IMG/VR virus record: IMGVR_UViG_3300030047_000014
Location: 56,748-120,747 of that record
Length of the DNA: 64,000 bases
DNA from: a virus
Direction: 5' to 3' (one strand)
Shown here: in pieces, positions 1 through 9,800 of the stretch
Layout of the letters: each line of letters starts with the position of its first letter
How positions within the stretch are numbered: position 1 is the stretch's first letter
The notes under the pieces: generated by a model
The model's database searches: none
Seen by the model: the letters and a program-made list of their open reading frames with translations, nothing else
What the model was told of the DNA's origin: nothing
Program-made: the position numbers and the translations under genes

Positions 1-299
1 AACCTTCTTTTGAATATCAGGAGACTTTTAATTATATTTCTTCAGATGAAATATCTATCTTTACAGATGGAACATTTACACCACTAAATTTATATTTATC
101 CTATATAAGATATCCTAAGTATATTGATAAAGAGGGTTATATAAAATTAAATGGTGTTGCTTCTCTTAATCAGGATTGTGAACTAAAGAATTATTTGGAA
201 GATGAATTAGTTGATCTTGCTGTTCAGAATATAGCAATGTATACTGAAAATTCTTCTGCAGTTCAAAATGCTAGATTAAGAATACTAACGAATGAATAA
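1..299 (+). CDS. Partial (5'-truncated) crAss-like ring/neck structural protein
   Basis: My translation of the frame starting at nt 3 reads PSFEYQETF...YIRYPKYID...DCELKNYLEDELVDLAVQ...TNE, with TAA at 297-299. The YxRYP...CEL...ELVDLAV pattern and the position fit crAss-like ring proteins. Confidence 0.6.
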   Translation, partial: PSFEYQETFNYISSDEISIFTDGTFTPLNLYLSYIRYPKYIDKEGYIKLNGVASLNQDCELKNYLEDELVDLAVQNIAMYTENSSAVQNARLRILTNE

Positions 300-330
300 T
301 TTTTATATATAAATTTAATAAATAAACAAA

Positions 331-1470
331 ATGGCTGATTACTCGTTGACTACGCTATTTGTAGTTCCAGTAGGGCAAACCGCACTCCCTAGCTCTGGTT
401 CTACACAAGATTTGGCTGCAGGCAATGTAGGTCTTTTTAGAAATGACTACAGTGTCGCTACTTCAGCAAATATTGCTGCTGCACCTTATTTCTATGTTGC
501 TCAGGGAAGAGCTAATACTTACCTTCAAGGTAGTAAAAAATCTGACAAAATTAAGAGCACGAATGTTATTGATTGGTACAAAGTAAATGGTTGTGCTACT
601 TCTCGTAACCAAATTATGGAAATAAGTGGTTGGAATGTAAAATGTGGTGAGGATGTAACTTTAACTTTACGTGCTCATTCTAGTTACATTGGAACTCTTT
701 ATTACAATGGTTTAACTCGTTCTGTAACTGTAAAGGCTCCTTGTTGCGATTGTGCAGGTGATCCTTGTGTTAATGTTGATGTTCCTGCATTAATTGATGC
801 TTTCATTGTTAAGCTTACTACTCAGGCTCCTGGTGCTAATCCAGATAATATCTTCCTGACTAAGTTCTTTAATTTTGAACGTATTGGTACTGGTACTACA
901 GCTATTCTTCGTATTCATGGTAAGGCTTTAACATCTTATGGTGTTCCTTGTGATGTCTCTGCATTCCCATACGAATATGATAGAATGTGGTTCAATACAT
1001 TCGTATATTCAGGTCCTCCTACTACTGTTGACTTCATTGTAAATGATTCTTGCAATATTGTAGCAAGTTCTGCCACTACACAGACTTCTACCTATCCTGT
1101 AGGAACTTCTGCAGAAGTAAAACAGTTGGAGAAAAACTTCCACAGCTATCAAGCTGCTTATCTTAAACATCTGTATAAGTTAGCAGGTTACAATGGTAAC
1201 TTTGAAAGCCAGGTAACTGATGGTACAGTGTATGACCTGTATTATATCAAATTTCTTGAATATGATAGGTCTGCTCATAATTGGGGAGATTATGTACCTA
1301 TTGATAGTACTGTTGTTATTGCCGCCACTACTGGAGGTGCATATGCATCAGCTCTTGAAACTGCTTTAGTTGCTGCTCTTGGTGCAGTTGTTAGTAACAA
1401 TACTTGTATTACTACTACGACAACCACTACTGTTGCTCCTACAACTACCACTACTACTTCACACGCATAG
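331..1470 (+). CDS. Virion structural protein (conserved crAss-like gene of the post-capsid block) with C-terminal poly-Thr tail
   Basis: 379-aa ORF followed by a strong hairpin; ends CITTTTTTTVAPTTTTTTTSHA. Call based on position in the structural block. Confidence 0.65.
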   Translation: MADYSLTTLFVVPVGQTALPSSGSTQDLAAGNVGLFRNDYSVATSANIAAAPYFYVAQGRANTYLQGSKKSDKIKSTNVIDWYKVNGCATSRNQIMEISGWNVKCGEDVTLTLRAHSSYIGTLYYNGLTRSVTVKAPCCDCAGDPCVNVDVPALIDAFIVKLTTQAPGANPDNIFLTKFFNFERIGTGTTAILRIHGKALTSYGVPCDVSAFPYEYDRMWFNTFVYSGPPTTVDFIVNDSCNIVASSATTQTSTYPVGTSAEVKQLEKNFHSYQAAYLKHLYKLAGYNGNFESQVTDGTVYDLYYIKFLEYDRSAHNWGDYVPIDSTVVIAATTGGAYASALETALVAALGAVVSNNTCITTTTTTTVAPTTTTTTSHA

Positions 1471-1493
1471 TAGTAGGCATTGTAATATAAACC

Positions 1494-1534
1494 TATGCCA
1501 GAGGTGAGAGGATCATCCTCTGGCATATTTATTT
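1494..1534 (+). terminator. Hairpin / probable intrinsic terminator or RNA stabilising stem
   Basis: TATGCCAGAGG-12 nt-CCTCTGGCATA followed by TTTATTT. Confidence 0.7.
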
Positions 1535-1541
1535 AAAATAT

Positions 1542-2123
1542 ATGACAGATCTAAAATTAGATATATTAGTAGTTCCTACATATAATACTAAGACTATGGG
1601 TATTGCAGATGCTTCTCGTTACCCTAATGATATGTCAGGTATTATGTCTCCGACTATTGAAATAACAATTCCTGGTTTTGGTAGAAAGATATTTCCTTTT
1701 AGTATTGATAACTTCACTATCTATTCATCTAGTACACTAGAACTTACAGAAGTAGGTGATGAAGATGTACCATTACCTGATGGTGTTTACTTCTTAAAAT
1801 ATTCAATTGCTCCTGCTTACATTAACTATGTAGAGAAATCTATAATGAGAGTAGATGTACTTCAGGAGAAGTTTGATGAAGCTTTTATGCATTTAGATTT
1901 TATGGATAGTAATCGTTCTATCAAGATGCAAACTAAAGTAGATCTAGACACTGTATATTACTTTATCCAGGGAGCTATTGCTGCAGCAAATAATGGTGCA
2001 GTAGATGAAGCTAGTAAGCTTTATACACAAGCAGATAAGATGCTTACTAGTATTATAGGTAACAATTGTGGATATTCTGAGAATAATTATATAACAAATT
2101 TTGGTATAAATGGCAACATGTGA
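1542..2123 (+). CDS. Conserved crAss-like structural protein
   Basis: 193 aa with an LPDGVYFLKYS motif, in the structural block. Confidence 0.55.
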   Translation: MTDLKLDILVVPTYNTKTMGIADASRYPNDMSGIMSPTIEITIPGFGRKIFPFSIDNFTIYSSSTLELTEVGDEDVPLPDGVYFLKYSIAPAYINYVEKSIMRVDVLQEKFDEAFMHLDFMDSNRSIKMQTKVDLDTVYYFIQGAIAAANNGAVDEASKLYTQADKMLTSIIGNNCGYSENNYITNFGINGNM

Positions 2124-2214
2124 TGCAGGAATTTATAGAATAGTTAATATCAAGCTCACACTAAAAATTATCATTTTAAATTTAAAGAAAAATAAATATG
2201 AGTGCAACATGTAA
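2110..2214 (+). pseudogene. Probable N-terminal remnant of a GIY-YIG homing endonuclease
   Basis: Translates MATCDAGIYRIVNIKLTLK...; GIYRIVN matches the GIY half-motif, but there is no YIG and the frame stops after 34 codons. Confidence 0.4.
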
Positions 2215-2296
2215 AAAATGTGGAGCTAATGTTGGATGTGGCTGTCAATTAGTTAATGGTCTATGTCCTGCATGTGCTGCTTTAGAAAAGAAATAG
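2198..2296 (+). CDS. 32-aa Cys-rich micro-protein (not in ORF track)
   Basis: MSATCKKCGANVGCGCQLVNGLCPACAALEKK; six Cys as CxxC, CxC, CxxC; A-rich leader before the ATG. Confidence 0.7.
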   Translation: MSATCKKCGANVGCGCQLVNGLCPACAALEKK

Positions 2297-2313
2297 ATTT
2301 AAACTAAAAAGTC

Positions 2314-2580
2314 ATGATAACTCCAAGACTTATAAATGGTTCAGAACATATTGAGATTATAGATTTATTGAATGATATTGATTGTAAAATTGCTATATTA
2401 GCAAAAGATTTCTACAATAATATTATATTCGCTTTGAATAGACCTGTATCACGTAATACTATGCGTGATCTTCTTCATTATAAAAGGATTTTAATATACA
2501 AATCATGTAATCGTCATTATGCTAGTCACTATACAGTGAAAATGATTGCAAGTAAAGTTAAACTTTTAAAATTTAGATAA
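2314..2580 (+). CDS. Hypothetical structural-module protein
   Basis: 88-aa ORF tightly packed with neighbours. Confidence 0.6.
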   Translation: MITPRLINGSEHIEIIDLLNDIDCKIAILAKDFYNNIIFALNRPVSRNTMRDLLHYKRILIYKSCNRHYASHYTVKMIASKVKLLKFR

Positions 2581-2582
2581 TA

Positions 2583-3704
2583 ATGTCAGACTGCAATAAT
2601 TGCTATAATGGATGTCCTGATATAAAATCAGATCAGTGTATTAGATACACAGGAATTGACATTCCTATTCTAGGGATAGAATCTGGTGACTCTCTCTCAT
2701 ATGTTGAGCAAACACTAATTCAGTATCTGCTGTCTACATTAGATGGAACAGGTATAAAACCAGATATTGATCCTGCACAACTTGGAACATTAGTAACAAG
2801 TTTTTTACTTGAGTGTAAAGATGTGTCAATTGTAGATTTATCTATAGCATTAGCAAAAGCTATAGTAAGTCTTGAAACTGATATTGATGGTCTTACATCA
2901 ACTGTAAATAGTATAAATGCTTCCTTTACTGTTTCATGCCTTTCAGATGTAACTGCAGAGTCTCATATTCATGAGGTTGTACAGTCAATAATTAATTCTC
3001 TTTGTACACTTAAAACTAATTTAGAGAACCTGGCTCATGATGTTGATGTTAACTACGTCAAACTTGATGAACTTAGCTCATTAATAGATGAACATATAGG
3101 CACTGGATCAACATTAATTAAGGATAAGATGGTTCCCTATGTTGCAGTAGAATACTATGGTCCACTTTCTAATTTTGATATATCAGGCGCAGGAACAGGA
3201 AATTGGATAGATATTTATCTATGTAATGGAAATCATAATACACCTGATAAAAGAGGAAGAATTCCAGTTGGTGCTACAACAGGTATGGGAGGTGGAACAT
3301 TTGATACCACAACAGATCCTGCAGTAGCTGGAAACCCCACCTATGTTCTTCTATCCAAAGGAGGAAGTAATAATATTACTCTTTCTGGCTCTCAATTACC
3401 TAGTCATACTCATTTAGCATCAGTAAAAGTAACTGAGGATGGTCACTACCATTATAGTTTTAATACAAGTACATTAAATGGAACTAATCTTAGTGCTTCT
3501 AATTTCCCTTTAAAAGGTTTTTCAACTGGTGGTAATATGGGTTATGAAATAGTAGCAGATAATGCTACTCCTACTATTGGTAAAACTAATTCTACAGTTA
3601 CAGGAGTTAAAGTAGCTGTAGACAATTCTACTGTAGGAGAGAATAAATCACATTCAAATATTCCTCCTGTATTAGCTTGTTATTATATAATTTACATCCC
3701 TTAA
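2583..3704 (+). CDS. Fibre protein with N-terminal Cys docking module, coiled coil and tail-collar-like C-terminal domain
   Basis: LCNG...PDKRGR...QLPSHTH...HYH...SHSNIPPVLACYYII is the phage tail-collar/short-fibre signature. Confidence 0.7.
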   Translation: MSDCNNCYNGCPDIKSDQCIRYTGIDIPILGIESGDSLSYVEQTLIQYLLSTLDGTGIKPDIDPAQLGTLVTSFLLECKDVSIVDLSIALAKAIVSLETDIDGLTSTVNSINASFTVSCLSDVTAESHIHEVVQSIINSLCTLKTNLENLAHDVDVNYVKLDELSSLIDEHIGTGSTLIKDKMVPYVAVEYYGPLSNFDISGAGTGNWIDIYLCNGNHNTPDKRGRIPVGATTGMGGGTFDTTTDPAVAGNPTYVLLSKGGSNNITLSGSQLPSHTHLASVKVTEDGHYHYSFNTSTLNGTNLSASNFPLKGFSTGGNMGYEIVADNATPTIGKTNSTVTGVKVAVDNSTVGENKSHSNIPPVLACYYIIYIP

Positions 3705-3715
3705 AAATCATTGTT

Positions 3716-3967
3716 ATGTCTGGATGCAATAGTGGAAGAAGTTATCAGAAAGTACTAGGTTCTGCCATAAGTAAAAGAGGTGGATGTGGTTGTAATGAGG
3801 ATCCATGTAAAGATACTTACCAGGGACCAAATCTACCCTGTACAGGCATAGAAACTTACACTTCTATGGAGGTAGTTATTCAGATGATTGATCAGAAGAT
3901 ATGTGAATTAACTGAATTGTTAAACACAATAACAACTACATCAACAACAACAACATTACCATTATGA
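3716..3967 (+). CDS. Small structural protein: Cys docking module plus poly-Thr tail
   Basis: ATG at 3716 is the likelier start; YQGPNLPCTGIET...IDQKIC then TTTSTTTTLPL. Confidence 0.65.
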   Translation: MSGCNSGRSYQKVLGSAISKRGGCGCNEDPCKDTYQGPNLPCTGIETYTSMEVVIQMIDQKICELTELLNTITTTSTTTTLPL

Positions 3968-4449
3968 GTGTTAAAATAACTCTTACAAATGTAGGTTCAA
4001 ATATAAGTCCTACTTTAGATATTTACTCTAATGCAACAGGTACTTGGGTATTCTTTAAAAATGTATCTGTTACAGATTTACTTGGAGGATATGTATTTAC
4101 TCCTCCTTTGAATGCAACTGGGTATCAAGTTAGAGATACAGGTGCGTGTGGAACTATTCTTGAATTATATTGTGAATATATTACAACCACTACCACTTAT
4201 AATCCTTCTTATACCACAACTACTACAACTACAGCAGCTCCTGTTTATTGGTATATTCTTAGTAAATGTATTCCTAATGGAACTGATTATTATGCAGGAC
4301 CATTTTATACTAACATGTACTCTATGGGGGATAGAGTAGAAGGTGCTACATCAACCTATTATGTTGTAATTGGTTCTTATACAACAGAGCCTGTTAATAG
4401 GGAGAAATTATCTGGAATTACTGGAACAGGCTATAGAGGCTGTCCATAA
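3964..4449 (+). CDS. Putative virion decoration protein with two poly-Thr tracts
   Basis: 161 aa; ITTTTTYNPSYTTTTTTTAAP linker between two small Cys-bounded domains. Confidence 0.6.
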   Translation: MSVKITLTNVGSNISPTLDIYSNATGTWVFFKNVSVTDLLGGYVFTPPLNATGYQVRDTGACGTILELYCEYITTTTTYNPSYTTTTTTTAAPVYWYILSKCIPNGTDYYAGPFYTNMYSMGDRVEGATSTYYVVIGSYTTEPVNREKLSGITGTGYRGCP

Positions 4450-4494
4450 CTAAAATAATCTTGGTAATTTTGTTGGTTTTATTATCAGGATGAG

Positions 4495-4526
4495 GCTCTC
4501 AGTATTTATTACTGGGAGCTTTTTTT
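4495..4526 (+). terminator. Rho-independent terminator
   Basis: GCTCTCAGTA-TTTAT-TACTGGGAGC followed by a T run. Confidence 0.8.
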
Positions 4527-4530
4527 AAAT

Positions 4531-4607
4531 TATAACTTATTTAGTTATAGTATATAATCTAGATAATTAAAAAAGTTTTGAAAATATAAAAAGATGGTAT
4601 ATCTTTA
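4531..4607 (+). promoter_or_regulatory. Palindromic operator-like site plus Bacteroidota-type promoter
   Basis: TATAACT-N5-AGTTATA at 4531-4549; TTTG at 4577 with TATCTTTA at 4600, 19-nt spacer, one mismatch to TAnnTTTG. Confidence 0.55.
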
Positions 4608-4631
4608 CCTGTAATTTAATTCTTCTTATTA

Positions 4632-5396
4632 ATGGCAACTCTCAGATATTTAGTTTCTTCTGTAAGATCAATGCATAAACTCTTATCCACAGATGCTACA
4701 ATAACGGATAGAGTAATAGCTGCTGAAATTAAAAGTAATGCTCGTTTACTTATAAAGAGAGATACAAATCTTAGGAAACTTTGGGCTACAGATACTATAT
4801 TTACAACAATCCCTTGTTTAGAAATGGAAGAAGTTCCTATTACAGAATGTTGTGATTATATAGATACTTGTACAATAGCTAGGACTAAGTATAAACTCCC
4901 ACGTATTTCTGAAGGTAATTATCAGTACATTATCCAAGGTGTCTATAGTATTAATGCTATGGGTGGTAAAGGAAAGAAGATAAAAGAGATATCTATTAAT
5001 AGGTATCTGAATCTTCTAAAACTTCCTATTATAAAGAAGGAAGCATACTTTTGGATATCTAATGATTACCTTTACGTAACTAATTCATCTATCCAGGCAA
5101 TAAGAGTAGCAGCTCTATTTGAAGAGGATATTCCTAATTTTATAATGTATTCTCCATGTGCATGTAAGACTACCAAGGTTACAGATGAGGATTGGTGTAG
5201 GAATCCATTAGATAAGGAATTTGCTTTGCCAGGATACCTAGAGAAACAAGTACTGGAATTGGCTTCACAAAAATTACTTAGTACCTATTTTAAAATTAAA
5301 TCTGATAATACACAGAATAGTGTGGATGATCAGTCTGCTATCCAACCTTCCAGATATTCACAACCTCAATCTTCAGGTAATGAGAGTCAAAGTTGA
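4632..5396 (+). CDS. Ring/neck structural protein
   Basis: 254 aa upstream of the IHF-like and tail-tube genes, matching crAss-like synteny. Confidence 0.55.
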   Translation: MATLRYLVSSVRSMHKLLSTDATITDRVIAAEIKSNARLLIKRDTNLRKLWATDTIFTTIPCLEMEEVPITECCDYIDTCTIARTKYKLPRISEGNYQYIIQGVYSINAMGGKGKKIKEISINRYLNLLKLPIIKKEAYFWISNDYLYVTNSSIQAIRVAALFEEDIPNFIMYSPCACKTTKVTDEDWCRNPLDKEFALPGYLEKQVLELASQKLLSTYFKIKSDNTQNSVDDQSAIQPSRYSQPQSSGNESQS

Positions 5397-5862
5397 TTGG
5401 AGAAGTGCTAGTAAAGAAAACTACAAAGATTTCTGCCATAGATATAGTAGTATAAATATATCCTTTGACACATGGCAAAACATACTATACTCTTATAATG
5501 ATCAGTTTAAGGAGTATATTCTTGAAACAGGAGAAAAAGCAAAACTTCCATTAGGACTTGGAGAGTTTTCAATTAATAAGAAGAAGAGAAAAAGAATAAA
5601 GGTAGATGTCAGACACAACAGAGAATTTATTAATCTACCAATTGATTGGCAAAAAACTAAAGCAAAAGGAAAAATAATCTATAATTTTAATTTCCATACA
5701 GAAGGTTTCTCTTTTAACTGGATTTGGTTTAAATCAAGTGCAATGTTTAAGCAATCTGATTTATGGAGATTTAAAGCAAGTAGAGTTACTTCCAGATTAT
5801 TAACTCATTATCTTAAGTCTGATAATAAATATCAGCATCTATATAGAGAATGGCAACACTAA
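5380..5862 (+). CDS. IHF/HU-like DNA-binding protein
   Basis: Basic; ILETGEKAKLPLGLGEFSINKKKRK resembles the HU/IHF arm. ATG at 5380 is the likelier start; position matches the crAss IHF-like gene. Confidence 0.65.
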   Translation: MRVKVDWRSASKENYKDFCHRYSSINISFDTWQNILYSYNDQFKEYILETGEKAKLPLGLGEFSINKKKRKRIKVDVRHNREFINLPIDWQKTKAKGKIIYNFNFHTEGFSFNWIWFKSSAMFKQSDLWRFKASRVTSRLLTHYLKSDNKYQHLYREWQH

Positions 5863-5880
5863 TTATATAAATTAATTGAG

Positions 5881-6825
5881 ATGTCTTACTATTACAAATA
5901 TAATTTTACCAGTCCAGAACTGGTATACTCTGTAGTTAAGGAGGAACTTAAGAGTTACTTTGATACAGGTGCTGTAGATGATTTACTATTTCCTACCTAT
6001 GTTGATAAATGTCTTCGTAAGTTAGGGAGATCTTCCTATGTAATTAGTGAAGAGATGATGACAATAGAAGATTTTGAATCAAGATTACCTGATAACTTCT
6101 ATGCTGTTAGAGAAGCTTGGTTATGCTCTGAAGTAAAAGGACCTATTACACAAGTACCTAGTGCTTATTATTCCCAATCTGATACTCAGGATACAACATT
6201 AATTGGTCCAATAACTACGGACGAAGTTGAGGATGAACATTGTTGCCACCATCATGATGATGAGGAATTACTTACCTACAAAACTAATTATCAGGAGTCA
6301 AAATCATACAAAAGACAATATCTTCTTAAACCAGGGAATATTTCTGCTAATAAGAATTGTGATGTGAATTACTCTAATGAATGGTCTTTCTTCTCTGAAA
6401 ATCCTTCTGGTTATGCTCCTGGCAATGCTGATTATGATTCATTTGATATTAGAGATAATAAATTCATTACCAATTTTAGAACTGCAGTAGTTTATTTAGT
6501 ATTCTATGCTACAGCATATGATGAATCAGAAAATCAATTAATACCTGATAATTACCGTATTAGGGAATATATTGAGAGTTTTATAAAATATAAAGTATTT
6601 GAGACTTTGTATAATCAGGTTAATGATGAAACATATAATCAGATAGAAAAAAAGATGATGCTTTATAAACAAGCTTCAGATGAAGCATTTATACTTGCAG
6701 ATATAGAGGTAAAGAAACAAACAGTATATCAGAAACAAAGAAGTATAAAGAATAATCTGAATAGGTTTCAGATGTATGAGTTACCCACACGAATCAGTAG
6801 AAATAGTTTAAGCAGAAATAGATAA
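5881..6825 (+). CDS. Tail tubular / ring protein
   Basis: 314 aa directly before the muzzle gene; RLPDNF and LIPDN motifs. Confidence 0.6.
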   Translation: MSYYYKYNFTSPELVYSVVKEELKSYFDTGAVDDLLFPTYVDKCLRKLGRSSYVISEEMMTIEDFESRLPDNFYAVREAWLCSEVKGPITQVPSAYYSQSDTQDTTLIGPITTDEVEDEHCCHHHDDEELLTYKTNYQESKSYKRQYLLKPGNISANKNCDVNYSNEWSFFSENPSGYAPGNADYDSFDIRDNKFITNFRTAVVYLVFYATAYDESENQLIPDNYRIREYIESFIKYKVFETLYNQVNDETYNQIEKKMMLYKQASDEAFILADIEVKKQTVYQKQRSIKNNLNRFQMYELPTRISRNSLSRNR

Positions 6826-6827
6826 TT

Positions 6828-9800
6828 ATGGCTACTTCAGAACAAGATAGTAATATCAAACAAGAGTTTAATACAGCTTCAGTTGGGTTAAACCAAGACC
6901 AATCTGCTAATCAGGTTAAAAAAGGTGCATTAACTTACGCCTTGAATGCTACTATTGAGAACTTTGATGCTAATTCTGTGTCTTATCAGAATGAGGGAGG
7001 TAATGAATTCTGCCTTAATTTCCCTGCTGATTTTGTTCTTATAGGCAAACATTTCATTCCTGAGAGAAATAAACATATATTCATGTTAGTTAATCCTGAA
7101 ACAGAAGAGAGTCAGATAGGATATATGGATAATACTGATTGTGTATATAGAACTTATGCAACTGGTGGGTGTTTGAATTTTAATGTAAACTATCCTATTC
7201 ACAAGATAGTTCATAAGATAACTAATTGCTCTACAGAGATTTACTGGGCAGACAGAAATGGTAGAAGATATATGGATCTTGATAATATTCCATATCTTCT
7301 TCAATCAGGGAGTACTTTATGTGATCCTAAATATGGTAAGGAATTAGATTGTAATCAACTTAAGTTACAGTCAAATTTCTCTATTCCTACTCTTGAGATT
7401 AAGGATGTTGTAAGTGGTGGAAATCTTATAGCAGGTACTGTTCAGTTTGGAATTCAATATTCTGATGCTAATGGTAATCCATATACATCTTATTATTCAA
7501 TTACTAATCCAACTTCTATTTCTGATCCTACCATAACAAGTATGAATTTTAATTATCCTGTTGGTAAATCAGTTATCGTTAATATATCTAATCTTGATTC
7601 AACTGGTCATTTTCAATACTTTAATCTTGTTGTTATTAAGACTATCAATGCTATAAGTACTCCAGAATTAGTTGGTACTTATTACATTGATAATACTCAA
7701 AAACAAGTAATTTATACTGGTCAGAATGTAGAAGCTATCAAACTCTCTATGGAAGAAGTATTTGAGAAATTTCCTACTTATGATATAGCTGAGGATGTAA
7801 CTACTGTCCAGGATGTTATTATATGGAGTGGTCTTACTTCTATTGATAGAATCAACTATCAGAGTATTGCTAATAAAATAAAGCTCTATTGGGAAACTTG
7901 GAGAATACCTTCTACTGAAAATTATGCTACAGAGTTAAATACTACTAATTTTAGATCCTATTTAAGAGATGAAGTATACCCATTTGAAGTAGTATTTCTA
8001 CTTGCTAATGGAAAACAGACAGATAGATTTCATATACCAGGCAGAGCATTAACTCCTGATGAAATTAATAAACCTGAGATATCTACTTTAAATGCTGATT
8101 TTGTAGGAACCCCTACATATTATGTAGATGATATTGGATTTTCTCCTTATTGGAAGATTTATAATACTTCTTCTGTATTAGGAACTTCTGAACAATTTAG
8201 TTCAGATCCAAAATATAAAGGATCTTATCAGTATGGTGAATTTGCTTATTGGGAATCAACTGAAGAGTATCCTTGTGATAAAGTTTTGTGGGGAGAGCTT
8301 GCAGGTAAAAAGATAAGACATCATAAGTTTCCAGATGTATCTGTATCTCCTATATTTGAATCAAAGACATTTACTAATGTAAATTCTATGGTAATGGGAA
8401 ATGATGCTATATTTCCTATTGGTGTAAAGATTGATGTTCAATATTTAAAATCCCTTATAAATAGTTCAGATCTAACAGATAGTCAGAAAAGTGACATAGT
8501 TGGATTTAAGATTGTGAGGGGAGACAGAAGCACAAATAAATCTGTAATAGCAAAAGGTATCTTAAGAAATGTAGGCATTTATGAGAGAGAAGATCAGAAA
8601 TTCTATTATCCTAACTATCCCTACAATGATCTAAATCAGGATCCATTTTTAACAAGTACTAATAATGCATTCTCACAGACATGTAATACCTACAATATAA
8701 ATATAAATCATCTTGAGCGTGATTCTTCTGGTGGTGCAGATTTTGCGGACATTCAGTATACTGATTGTAATACAAATAAACAGGCAGTAAAAAGATTCTA
8801 TTCAACTGATACATTTGAACTATGCTCAATTTCAAAACCCATCTTTTTGAATTCATCAGCAGGAGTAGTTAGTATAGCTACCTATGAAGAATGGAGAATT
8901 CAGATTAAGTTTGGTATAGGAACTGTTGGATGGGTAGATCCTGTCGATGGTTATAAAGAAATTCCTTTTGGTCCTGGTTATTCTTACTTGAATGTTGTAG
9001 TAGGAACAGGTGCACCTAAAGGTATCTCTGGTGCAGAAATATCTACTTTATATCTTGGTTTACATGCACCTTCCAGTATATGTAATAAGTATTCTGAGTT
9101 ACCTGCAATAAAGGATAATGAAACTCTTAAATATAGACAAGTATTTAATTCTCCAGAGACTTCTTTTGGTCAGCCTTTTCTTGGTGATACTCTTAAGTTA
9201 GAGAGTGTAATATTTGGAACAGGAAAAGCTCATTTTGTAGAGGTTAAGAATAATGCTAAGTATAAATTAATTACAGAACAAGCTCAAAGAAAAGCTCTGG
9301 ATAGCTCTAATAAACTGGGAGCTATTACTAGTGATTTCAATGCATCAGCAATGTTTGCAGCTTATCAGGCTTATCTTACTATTTATATAAATGGTATAAC
9401 AAGAAAGAACTTTGCTTACTCTTTTAATTCTATAGCAGATTATAATTATATGACAACTATTCCTAATGAATTAGGAATTAAACAAAGGAAATTAGATATT
9501 AAACGTTATCTAATACCTGGAGTACAATCTGTTAATGATGAGTTTACTATTAATAACTATGAGAGGGAATCTTCCATATATCTAAGAACAGATTTGGATA
9601 AGACTCCTTTACCTCATCCAGATAAAACACCTAATATGTTATTTGGTGATATAAGTCTGGTTTCGGATAAATCCAGATTTACTGTATCTGGAATAGGTAA
9701 TTGTAATAAACCAGGGAAGGAAGAACCAATTCAAGTTGTTTCCTATTATGCATCTCTTAAGAATGATATATTAAATCAGTGGGGACAGATATATTCTTAT

